Source: an uncultured Bdellovibrio sp.
Lineage (GTDB): Bacteria; Bdellovibrionota; Bdellovibrionia; Bdellovibrionales; Bdellovibrionaceae
Length of the DNA stretch: 64,000 nucleotides
NCBI GenBank assembly: GCA_966211455.1
Contig: CBIHNI010000009.1
Location: 115,576 to 179,575 of the forward strand
Direction of reading: 5' to 3'
Shown here: positions 44,145-52,383 of the stretch, piece after piece
Position numbering within the stretch: the first letter of the stretch is position 1
Layout: each line of letters opens with the position of its first letter
Translations under genes and position numbers: made by a program
Notes under the pieces: generated by a model
Seen by the model: the letters and a program-made list of their open reading frames with translations, nothing else
The model's database searches: none
What the model was told of the DNA's origin: nothing

Positions 44145-45209
44145 TTGATTCGATTTGCTCTTTTGGGTTGCGGACGCATCACATCTAAACACGCGGATCC
44201 TATTTTCAAAGGTCAAGTTGCCGACGCAGAACTTGCCGCCGTTTGTGACATCAACAAAGAAGCAGCGGATCGATTGGCAGCCAAGTACAATGTTCCGGCA
44301 TTTTACTCTTTGGATGAGCTTCTTCATCAAACTAAAGTGCAATTCGACGTTGTCTCCGTTCTGACCCCAAGTGGATTGCACCCCGAGCATTCCATTCAGG
44401 CTCTGTCGAAAGGCAAGCATGTCGTCGTCGAAAAACCGATGGCTCTGCGTCTGGAAGATGGCGAAGAGATGATTAAGACCGCAAAAAAACATGAACGCAT
44501 GCTGTTTGTGGTAAAGCAAAACCGATTCAATCCTGCCGTTCAGCAGTTGAAGACGGCGATCGCCGAAGGTCGCTTTGGCAAAATTTCTTTGGCGACGGTT
44601 CGCGTTCGTTGGTGCCGCCCTCAAGATTATTACAATCAATCTCCTTGGCGAGGAACTTGGGCTCTGGATGGTGGTGTATTTTCCAACCAAGCCAGCCACC
44701 ATGTCGATTTATTGCAATGGTTGGCGGGCGAAGTTGAAAGCGTTATCGCACGTGGTTCACAGGCCATGGCAAAAATCCAAGCCGAAGATACCGGTGTCGT
44801 TTTGGTGAAATTTAAAAATGGCGCGCTTGGTGTAATTGAAGCGACAACGGCCACTCGGCCCTTCGACCTTGAAGGTTCAGTTTCAATCTTAGGTGAAAAA
44901 GGGACTGTGGAAATCGCTGGCAAAGCGGTCAACGAAGTTCGTCACTGGCAATTCATCGATGCAAATGCCAACGATAAAACTGCGGCCACCGACTCGAATA
45001 CGGCCCCGCCAGATGTCTACGGTTTTGGACACGTTCATTATCTGAATAACGTCGTTCAGACATTGCTGGGTAAAGAAAAAGCTTTGGTAGATGGAGCCGA
45101 AGGCTTCTCGTGCTTAAAGCTTCTCAATGCAATTTATGAATCAATGGCTAGTGGCAAGGAAGTCTTCTTGTCTGAATCATTTAGCCAAAGCAAATTGGGA
45201 AAACGATAA
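44145..45209 (+). CDS. Gfo/Idh/MocA-family NAD-dependent oxidoreductase, WbpB-like
   Basis: 354 aa from the TTG at 44145, with AAGGGGGGA 5 nt upstream. IRFALLGCGRITSKH, HVVVEKPMAL. Confidence 0.85.
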   Translation: MIRFALLGCGRITSKHADPIFKGQVADAELAAVCDINKEAADRLAAKYNVPAFYSLDELLHQTKVQFDVVSVLTPSGLHPEHSIQALSKGKHVVVEKPMALRLEDGEEMIKTAKKHERMLFVVKQNRFNPAVQQLKTAIAEGRFGKISLATVRVRWCRPQDYYNQSPWRGTWALDGGVFSNQASHHVDLLQWLAGEVESVIARGSQAMAKIQAEDTGVVLVKFKNGALGVIEATTATRPFDLEGSVSILGEKGTVEIAGKAVNEVRHWQFIDANANDKTAATDSNTAPPDVYGFGHVHYLNNVVQTLLGKEKALVDGAEGFSCLKLLNAIYESMASGKEVFLSESFSQSKLGKR

Positions 45210-45220
45210 GCTTTCCCAAT
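45194..45220. terminator. Weak hairpin (9-bp stem ATTGGGAAA / TTTCCCAAT) at a convergent junction
   Basis: The stem spans the TAA stop at 45207-45209. It is AT-rich and has no clear U-tract. Confidence 0.25.
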
Positions 45221-45249
45221 CTCCAAGTTTCTAAATTTCATCAAAATGC

Positions 45250-46209
45250 TTATTTTTTAATTCTTCGCCCAACGACATAAGGCTTGAAAGGATTTGCCCG
45301 AACAATCAGTTCAGCGACTAATCCAATTAAACCGATCTGCAGTCCCATTAGGAACAAGAATACGGCAATCGTTAATAACGGTCGGTTATTGAGCTGCAAA
45401 CCAAAAGGCAGCTCCAATAAATAAAAAATATGAAACAAAAGAAGATATAGACCTAAAGCCATACCGAGTCCCAAAAGCGGCACAGCAAAAGCTGCAAAAA
45501 AATAGAGCGGGTTTGGTGCAAAACGAGTCACCAACATCGTCGTCAGTAAATCAAAAGCCCCATAAAAATAACGGGCCAGCCCGTATTTGCTTGTCCCAAA
45601 TTGGCGACTGAAATGACGAACCGGAAGCTCCGTTACTTTTGCTCCCTTCCAAAATAATAAGACCGGAATATACCGATGCTGATTGCCGCGTAGATTCAGC
45701 TCCTTTAGACACCAGCTTCGATATAATTTCAGTCCACAGTTAAAATCATGAAGCTGCAATCCAGAAGCAAAGCGAACGACCGTATTAAAAAACTTTGAAG
45801 CCCAGCGCTTTTCGGTGGGATCATTACGATCTTTCTTCCATCCAGAAACAAGGTCGTATCCCTCAAGAGCTTTGTTGATCAATCTCGGAATCTCTTCCGG
45901 ATCATCCTGCAGATCAGAATCCATTGTCACAATAAACTCGTATTTGGCGTGTTCAAATCCGGCCTGCAAGGCAGCTGCTTTTCCAAAATTCATTCTCAAA
46001 AAAAGGGCCGATGTCTGAGGTTCAGTTTGAGCAAGTTGCTCGATGATCTGCGGACTTTGATCGCTCGAACCATCATCCACAAAAATAAGCTCCCAATCCT
46101 TAATTTGTGGATTGCGCTGAATCATGGAAACAATTTTTTGATGCAATAAGTTTAAGCTTTCTGCCTCATTAAAAACAGGAATAACGACACTTAAAGTAAT
46201 TGGATTCAT
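45250..46209 (-). CDS. GT2 polyprenyl-phosphate glycosyltransferase (ArnC/Dpm1-like) with C-terminal TM helices
   Basis: 319 aa from the ATG at 46209, 1 nt after the asnB stop. LSVVIPVFNEAESL, IFVDDGSSDQS, VTMDSDLQDDPEEIPRL, and two C-terminal TM helices. Confidence 0.85.
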   Translation of the reverse strand: MNPITLSVVIPVFNEAESLNLLHQKIVSMIQRNPQIKDWELIFVDDGSSDQSPQIIEQLAQTEPQTSALFLRMNFGKAAALQAGFEHAKYEFIVTMDSDLQDDPEEIPRLINKALEGYDLVSGWKKDRNDPTEKRWASKFFNTVVRFASGLQLHDFNCGLKLYRSWCLKELNLRGNQHRYIPVLLFWKGAKVTELPVRHFSRQFGTSKYGLARYFYGAFDLLTTMLVTRFAPNPLYFFAAFAVPLLGLGMALGLYLLLFHIFYLLELPFGLQLNNRPLLTIAVFLFLMGLQIGLIGLVAELIVRANPFKPYVVGRRIKK

Positions 46210-46210
46210 A

Positions 46211-48091
46211 CTAATAGCCGTACCTCTGAAGAAGCCATTTTTGCAAGACATAACTTGTCCAGAGCGGTTTGAAAAGGCTGTCCTGGTGATCCAGATGCCG
46301 TTGGAACATGCTCAGTATAAATTCTCGATTGAAAATATCAGTTCGGCGGCAATTATCTTCAGAGAAGGCATCCAAAAATTCGCTTTTCAATGGGCCACTA
46401 AGCAACAAGCCAACGGGCGATGTAAAACCCTTTTTCTTTTGCCCCAAAAGATGTGGAGGAAGGCTGTCGCGTCCAATCTCTTTTAAAATTCTTTTTGTCT
46501 TCAAGTTCGAAAACTTCTCCGCTTCTGGTAAAGCCTGCGCCAATTGAAAGAGGTCCAAATCTAGAAAAGGAGCCCGCAATTCAATACCTAATTTCATTGA
46601 AGCGCGGTCCGAATTTCGAAGTACATATTCTGGTAAAAATGTTCTTTGGTAAAGATGGGAAAAAGCAGTCAAAGAGTTAGAAGATGCTTCTTCGTCAAAA
46701 ATCTGACGATACAACTTTTTGATTTCTGAAACCGCGTCTTCGGCCTGTCCGGGATGCCTCAATCCTGAGAATAGTTCCTGAGTATGAAAAGACCCCGCCC
46801 ATATCAAATTGCGATACATCGGATCCTCAGCAAGCCCTAATGCGAACCGTTTGATCTTTAGTCCGATTGGCATGTAAGAGTGGGACGGCTTAATTTGCTG
46901 AGCGATAAAAGTGAAAAAATTTTTTTTGAGCACCCTAGGCAGCCACTCGACTTTACCAGCTATCCATGCAGCTTTAAAAATTTCATATCCGAAAAAGACT
47001 TCGTCGCCACCATCACCAGTAAGAGCAACTTTATGAGACTTAGCTAACTTCTGGCAAATATGATACTTTGGTAAAAAACCAGGATCTGCAATAGGTTCGT
47101 CCATTTGCGGAAGAACTTCCTGCGCGATCCTTGCCATGTCTTTTAGACTGAGCTCTATTTCTGTGTGATCAGTCTTAAAAAAATTTGCCGTTTTGGCTGC
47201 CAATGTACTTTCGTCAAAGCTCGCATCTATATTGCGAATCGTAAATGTTGAGATTTTTTGCGAATCTAAAATTTTCTTTGCCTGCGACAGGACCAACGAA
47301 GAATCAATCCCGCCGCTAAGAAGAACGGCAACGGGCACATCAGCGCGAAGAGATCTTCTTACGGCGCTTTCCAAACCCTGTTCAACCTGCTCTTGCGAAG
47401 GAATTGCGCCGGCCTTGCATGACAAGTCAAAGTACCGCCACACTTGAGCTCGCTTCCCGTCCCAAATTAGAGACTGACCAGGAAGAAGCTTCTGAAAATT
47501 CTTTTCGAAAGTTTCGCTACCGGCCCACGATTCCGTCACCAAAAATCGGGCAGCCAGAGAAATGTTCACCTCACCATTCGGTATCAGGATTCTCAAAGCT
47601 GATAGCTCGGACGCAAAAGCAAAGTTTTGACCTTCTGAATAGTAATAAAGTGGCTTTTGACCGAAAGGATCACGCGCTAGAAAAGCAACTTCATTTTTAG
47701 AATCGAAAATGGCAAAAGCAAACATGCCATTCATTTTTTTTACGCATTCCGAGCCCCACTCTTGATAAGCCCGTATCACAACTTCAGTATCAGATTGGGT
47801 GAAGAATCGATGCCCCCTCGTCTCAAGCTCAGCCCTTATTTCGATGTAATTATAAATCTCGCCGTTGTAGGTAAGCATCTGAAGATGCTCTTTATCTATG
47901 AACGGTTGCTTCCCCCCCTCCAGATCTATAATGGACAGTCTGACATGCCCAAAGCTAGCAGGACCTGAACTATGTATGCCTGTTCCATCCGGGCCTCGAT
48001 GCCGAATAGCACTCATTGCTTTCTCAACATTCGCTTCTCTTTCAGATTTCGGAATTTGCGCTGAAATAATGCCTAGGATTCCGCACATGCA
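46211..48091 (-). CDS. asnB: Asparagine synthetase B family, glutamine-hydrolysing (WbpS-like glycan amidotransferase candidate)
   Basis: 626 aa. Class-II GATases need Cys2, so the start must be MCGILGIISA at 48091. PP-loop VLLSGGIDSSLVL. Confidence 0.9.
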   Translation of the reverse strand, partial: CMCGILGIISAQIPKSEREANVEKAMSAIRHRGPDGTGIHSSGPASFGHVRLSIIDLEGGKQPFIDKEHLQMLTYNGEIYNYIEIRAELETRGHRFFTQSDTEVVIRAYQEWGSECVKKMNGMFAFAIFDSKNEVAFLARDPFGQKPLYYYSEGQNFAFASELSALRILIPNGEVNISLAARFLVTESWAGSETFEKNFQKLLPGQSLIWDGKRAQVWRYFDLSCKAGAIPSQEQVEQGLESAVRRSLRADVPVAVLLSGGIDSSLVLSQAKKILDSQKISTFTIRNIDASFDESTLAAKTANFFKTDHTEIELSLKDMARIAQEVLPQMDEPIADPGFLPKYHICQKLAKSHKVALTGDGGDEVFFGYEIFKAAWIAGKVEWLPRVLKKNFFTFIAQQIKPSHSYMPIGLKIKRFALGLAEDPMYRNLIWAGSFHTQELFSGLRHPGQAEDAVSEIKKLYRQIFDEEASSNSLTAFSHLYQRTFLPEYVLRNSDRASMKLGIELRAPFLDLDLFQLAQALPEAEKFSNLKTKRILKEIGRDSLPPHLLGQKKKGFTSPVGLLLSGPLKSEFLDAFSEDNCRRTDIFNREFILSMFQRHLDHQDSLFKPLWTSYVLQKWLLQRYGY

Positions 48092-48948
48092 GTGTCCTTC
48101 GCTTGAAAACAAGTGGCGTGCAAGCCCTTCTCAAGACTTGTCATATGAAAACCTAAATCCGCCTGAATCTCGGCGCTATCCCAAGGGGGGTGCGCATGCA
48201 TAAATTTAAACTGCTGAAGAGGAAAGTTCGAAGTTTTTACAAATTTTGAGATAACATGTGCTGCTAATTTAATAAGTGGCAGCGGTATCGGAATGATCCA
48301 TGTGTGACTTTGTATTAAGTCTTTAATTTTATGAGCTAAATCAATTGTTCGGATCGGCTCGGGTCCACCCATGACCCAAACCTTCTTTTTCCATTTCTGC
48401 TCGGTAAGTAAACGAAGAACGGCGCGACCGACATCTTCTACATACAGGGGCTGTATATAAATATTTGCATCATAAGGCACAGGTGTAACCGGTGACTTGC
48501 GAATCACATTCAAAAGGCTGATCAAATTCTTTGAATCACCTGGTCCATAGATAAGACTGGGTCTTAATATTGCCCAATTTTGCAAATAGCTTTGAATCAG
48601 TTCGTTATCTCCATCTTGTTTGGTTTGACCGTATGGTCCCAAGCGATGAACTGCAGAAACTGATGAGATGTGAATCCAGCGAATATTCGGCTTATTCTTA
48701 AAAAGTTGGACCACTTCTCGAACCGAATTCGTATTGGCTTCTTTCAAAACAGGTTCAGGTCCATTAATCACTCCTGAACAGAAAACGATAGCATCCAGCT
48801 CAAGGCTCAGCTCTCGCAGCTTGCATATAGATTCTGCTTTAACAGTTTCACGTAAAGACAGCCGAAAAACTTGATGAGACTCTTTTTCAATCAGTTTAGA
48901 AAGATGCCGCCCCAGAAAACCATAAGCGCCTACGACTGCAACCTTCAT
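48073..48948 (-). CDS. NAD-dependent epimerase/dehydratase family (extended SDR)
   Basis: 291 aa. KVAVVGAYGFLGRHL, PYGQTKQDG (YxxxK). The ATG at 48948 follows the radical-SAM stop. Confidence 0.8.
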   Translation of the reverse strand: MKVAVVGAYGFLGRHLSKLIEKESHQVFRLSLRETVKAESICKLRELSLELDAIVFCSGVINGPEPVLKEANTNSVREVVQLFKNKPNIRWIHISSVSAVHRLGPYGQTKQDGDNELIQSYLQNWAILRPSLIYGPGDSKNLISLLNVIRKSPVTPVPYDANIYIQPLYVEDVGRAVLRLLTEQKWKKKVWVMGGPEPIRTIDLAHKIKDLIQSHTWIIPIPLPLIKLAAHVISKFVKTSNFPLQQFKFMHAHPPWDSAEIQADLGFHMTSLEKGLHATCFQAKDTACAES

Positions 48949-48950
48949 CA

Positions 48951-50282
48951 CTAAATCCGTAAGGTATTTCGCACGAATCGATAGGCCGTATTAAACCCAT
49001 AAGTTTTCAGCCAATTGAAACGGAAATAATATCCGTAGGCCTTTTGCGATGCTTGAACCACCTCTTGCGGAGTTGCAGAGCTAATATTCACGACCGGTCT
49101 GTATTCATCAAATTCTGCAAAGTCTGTTGTCATCAGCCGCTCTTTGCTATCTTCAAACAACGGAGTTCCCGGAAAAGGAGTCATCGTGCAAAACTGTGCA
49201 CCCATAGTATTCATCCAACGGGAAAGATCGATTGTTTTTTGCATACTCTGAGCCGTGTCTCCAACCAGGCCCAACATATAGAAAGCATTAATTCGAACAC
49301 CCTTTTTTTGAAGATAGTCCAAGATCGATTTTTGGAAATCGACTTGAGGTGCTTTTTTTCCAGACTCTTTAAGGATATCCAAGTTTCCGGTTTCAATGCC
49401 GAAATTAACTCCACGAAAGCCAGATTCATACATGATATCGATGAGTTCGAAATTCAAGCAGTCAACGCGAGTTTCGCAAGCCCACTCGATTTTCAAATTT
49501 CGACGCATAATTTCGCGAGAAATCTCTTCAGCGTGTTTCTTATTTAATGTGAAACAGATGTCTCGGAAAAGAACGCTGCGCACGCCATGATTTTTCACCA
49601 AACTCTCAATCTCATCCACAACCAGCTTAGGAGACCGCATTCGATATTTCTTTGTCTGCTCGACCATATACGGACAAAAATCACAGTTAAAAGAACAACC
49701 TCGACTTGATTGCAAGCTCATAAAAGGTCGAAGGTGAAGCAACGGAAAATAATTGAACTGCTTAATGTCGACCCCAGTCCAATCAGGAATCGGCAATTGA
49801 TTCAGATCCGTTACCAGCCCAAAGTTCAACTTACCGGTAAAGTCATGCTTCCCTTCAAAGAAAGCCATGGCCGTCGCTTCAACCTCACCATGGATCAAAA
49901 AATCCGAATCTGCCTCAAAAAGTTGAGGTTGCGTCATCACAAAGGGTCCGAAAAAACCAATTTTTGATTTTGGATATTTTTTCTTTGTTTCACGAGCGAA
50001 AGCGACTTCATCTTTATAGCAATGCATAGAGGACGCGATCAGGATTATATCTTCACCTTGAGTTGCACCATCATAAATACGAACATCCCAACCTTGCTTA
50101 CGAAAGATCCCTTGTAAGTATCCAAGATGCAAAACTGGAAGCTCGACAAAATTACTTTTCAAGCCAGAGACCAATTTGCCAAAAAAACCCTGCGCTTGCA
50201 TGTAAGAACCAAATCCACCGGTATGATCACGGTTGGCTTTTTTATCAGCAAATTTTAAATCAACAAGCGCTATCGAAGGCAT
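48951..50282 (-). CDS. B12-binding-domain radical SAM protein (class B)
   Basis: 443 aa. The N-terminal Rossmann-like B12-binding region (DIILIASSMHCY...KIGFFGPF) is followed by SSRGCSFNCDFCPY (CxxxCxxC). Confidence 0.85.
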   Translation of the reverse strand: MPSIALVDLKFADKKANRDHTGGFGSYMQAQGFFGKLVSGLKSNFVELPVLHLGYLQGIFRKQGWDVRIYDGATQGEDIILIASSMHCYKDEVAFARETKKKYPKSKIGFFGPFVMTQPQLFEADSDFLIHGEVEATAMAFFEGKHDFTGKLNFGLVTDLNQLPIPDWTGVDIKQFNYFPLLHLRPFMSLQSSRGCSFNCDFCPYMVEQTKKYRMRSPKLVVDEIESLVKNHGVRSVLFRDICFTLNKKHAEEISREIMRRNLKIEWACETRVDCLNFELIDIMYESGFRGVNFGIETGNLDILKESGKKAPQVDFQKSILDYLQKKGVRINAFYMLGLVGDTAQSMQKTIDLSRWMNTMGAQFCTMTPFPGTPLFEDSKERLMTTDFAEFDEYRPVVNISSATPQEVVQASQKAYGYYFRFNWLKTYGFNTAYRFVRNTLRI

Positions 50283-50283
50283 C

Positions 50284-51015
50284 TCATCTCCTCAGCAGGC
50301 GAAAGACAAAGTTGGGGATCAGTTTTAAACAAAAAGCTATACCTCTCCACCAGCCAGGTACATATGCCAAACGATCGTTTCTCTCAAATACTTCAATGGC
50401 ACGCCTTGCGGCATTCTCAGGAGAACAGGTCGGTAAAAGTAATTTTTGTCCATAGGACATTGATGTGTCAAGGTAGCCAAATCGAACTACAGTGACCTTT
50501 ACAGAACCTGACAATGCATGCAAAAGACTTTCTGCGTAAAACTCGAGGCCAGCTTTGGATGCGCAGTAAATAGCTCCACGTCCACGAGGCCTAACAGCAC
50601 CCATAGTGCTAGCAATTAACAATGAAATGTTCGGGGAGACCGCACTTCTGTTTTGCAACAAAATCTCGATAATTTCCACGGGTCCATAGAAATTTGTGTG
50701 AATTAACTGCTGCGCAGATAAAAGAGAGCTTTGACCTGGCAAATTCGGATTGTAGTGGCCCGCTAACAAATAGCATTTTACAATCTGCGAAGCGAGATTT
50801 TGAAGTTGTAAAATACCATCCGCTGAAAGCGGCTGACCGATGTCTAAAACAAGAATTTGGCACTCATTTCCGAACCGAATCTTAAGGTCCTGAGACAAGC
50901 GCATAAGCTCTTCTTGATCGCGTCCACAAAGAATAAGCTTATGTCCGCGCCTCGCCAATTCTTCCGATAGACTTCGCCCAAGACCAGAGTTTGCCCCAAC
51001 CACCAAATCCATCAA
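50284..51015 (-). CDS. Short-chain dehydrogenase/reductase, DprE2-like
   Basis: 243 aa. VVGANSGLGRSL, YCASKAGLEF, and the C-terminal tail IPNFVFRLLRR. Its start overlaps the stop of the FAD oxidase. Confidence 0.7.
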   Translation of the reverse strand: MMDLVVGANSGLGRSLSEELARRGHKLILCGRDQEELMRLSQDLKIRFGNECQILVLDIGQPLSADGILQLQNLASQIVKCYLLAGHYNPNLPGQSSLLSAQQLIHTNFYGPVEIIEILLQNRSAVSPNISLLIASTMGAVRPRGRGAIYCASKAGLEFYAESLLHALSGSVKVTVVRFGYLDTSMSYGQKLLLPTCSPENAARRAIEVFERNDRLAYVPGWWRGIAFCLKLIPNFVFRLLRR

Positions 51016-52355
51016 AGATCCAATCTGGCTGTAAAATGAGAATTCAAAACAAATTCAGGATCTAAACTTCGGACAGCCTCTTGAAAGACGTTTAATTCGG
51101 GAACAAACTCGCGCGCACGCGAGCCCGAAATATAACTTGCCTTTGTTATATTCAGCCTTCCACCTTTTTCCAAAGCTAGTAAATCCAATTTCTCAAGAAG
51201 ATCCAATCCGTTCCTGTGATTCGGGATATCCCAGGTAAAAACAATTCCTTGCCCCTGAAAAGATCGGCCCACGGAAGATCCCGAAAAAATTTTAAGTGTC
51301 CCCATAGGAATCGTGCATTCAGATGTCTTTCGTACTTTCTCAAATCCGGTTAAATATGACTCAACATCCGCAAATGGAATCAAGACTTGATGCTCGAAAA
51401 ATCCCGATTTCCCATAAGAACGGTAATAATGCCACTTATTAGCGATTGGGAAATGATGAAGCAACGATGGCTCATAAGATTCTTTTTGAGCCATCGCCGC
51501 CGCAAGATACATTTTATTCACCGTTTTCGATACAAAGGGACGATTTAAAATAGAAAATGCCGGACTTAATTTAGTTGACTGGATATATAGGTTCTTTTGA
51601 ATTTGATAGCCTTCTTCCCAGCTTCCCAATACAAGAAATCCCTTTCCAACTGATGAAGGGTCCGAAACATCATTCCAACTATATAAAGTCGAAGCTTCTG
51701 ATTTATACTTTTCTAGCATCTCGACCGTCTGGTGAAGGCTCAAGACTTGCAAATTTCGCTTCCGATAAGCGCCAACTCCTTGCCTTAAAACCTTCAACCG
51801 AGCACTTAATATCAAACCAGTCAGCCCATAACCCGCGCGAGTCAAATCCCAGATTTCTGGCCTTAATTGCGCACCAGTTTGCACATTTCCCAAACGGGGA
51901 TGATATAGATGGCAGGACTCGACCCAATCGCCAAAAGTTCCTTCGCGAAATTGATTTTTTCCATGCACATCCTGCGCAATACAGCCACCAATTGTGATAT
52001 TTGGATGGCCTGGCAAAACTGGAAGTGTGAAACCTTTAGAGTTTAAAAACTCAAGCAAATGACAAAGACTTACGCCCGCTTCAACCTCAATGATGCCTTC
52101 GCGAGGATCAAAATTTAAAATTCGATTGAGGCGAGTGAGATCAATGCTGACAACATCCTTCCCAAAGCTGGCCGGAGTATAAGATAGGCCGGCGCCCCGA
52201 GGAATCCACTTTTTAAACTGAACTAATGACTGAAGTTCCCGCAAACGCTCAGGGCGAAGGGCCAATGCCGCACATCGAAAGCTTGAATCTGCAGATTGCA
52301 TCTCGATATCCAAAGTCTTTGCCTGGACCGAATCGCTTTTTATTGCTTCCATCAT
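51012..52355 (-). CDS. FAD-linked oxidase (FAD_binding_4), DprE1-like
   Basis: 447 aa. IPRGAGLSYTPASFG, PVLPGHPNITIGGCIAQDVHGKNQFREGTFGDWV, AGYGLTGLILSARL. Confidence 0.78.
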   Translation of the reverse strand: MMEAIKSDSVQAKTLDIEMQSADSSFRCAALALRPERLRELQSLVQFKKWIPRGAGLSYTPASFGKDVVSIDLTRLNRILNFDPREGIIEVEAGVSLCHLLEFLNSKGFTLPVLPGHPNITIGGCIAQDVHGKNQFREGTFGDWVESCHLYHPRLGNVQTGAQLRPEIWDLTRAGYGLTGLILSARLKVLRQGVGAYRKRNLQVLSLHQTVEMLEKYKSEASTLYSWNDVSDPSSVGKGFLVLGSWEEGYQIQKNLYIQSTKLSPAFSILNRPFVSKTVNKMYLAAAMAQKESYEPSLLHHFPIANKWHYYRSYGKSGFFEHQVLIPFADVESYLTGFEKVRKTSECTIPMGTLKIFSGSSVGRSFQGQGIVFTWDIPNHRNGLDLLEKLDLLALEKGGRLNITKASYISGSRAREFVPELNVFQEAVRSLDPEFVLNSHFTARLDL

Positions 52356-52383
52356 ACTTTCGGCTTCACTTAGTGTACCAATT

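Noticed and set aside
44130-44702. 190-aa minus-strand ORF
   Set aside because: It is antisense to the WbpB-like oxidoreductase. It is a shadow ORF.
49044-49547. 167-aa plus-strand ORF
   Set aside because: It is antisense to the B12-radical SAM gene.
46211-50282. RiPP/lasso-peptide-type cluster (AsnB homologue + radical SAM)
   Set aside because: The AsnB keeps the Cys2 glutaminase nucleophile and full length, unlike lasso cyclases. I saw no precursor-peptide ORF, protease or RiPP recognition element. The neighbours are glycan enzymes.
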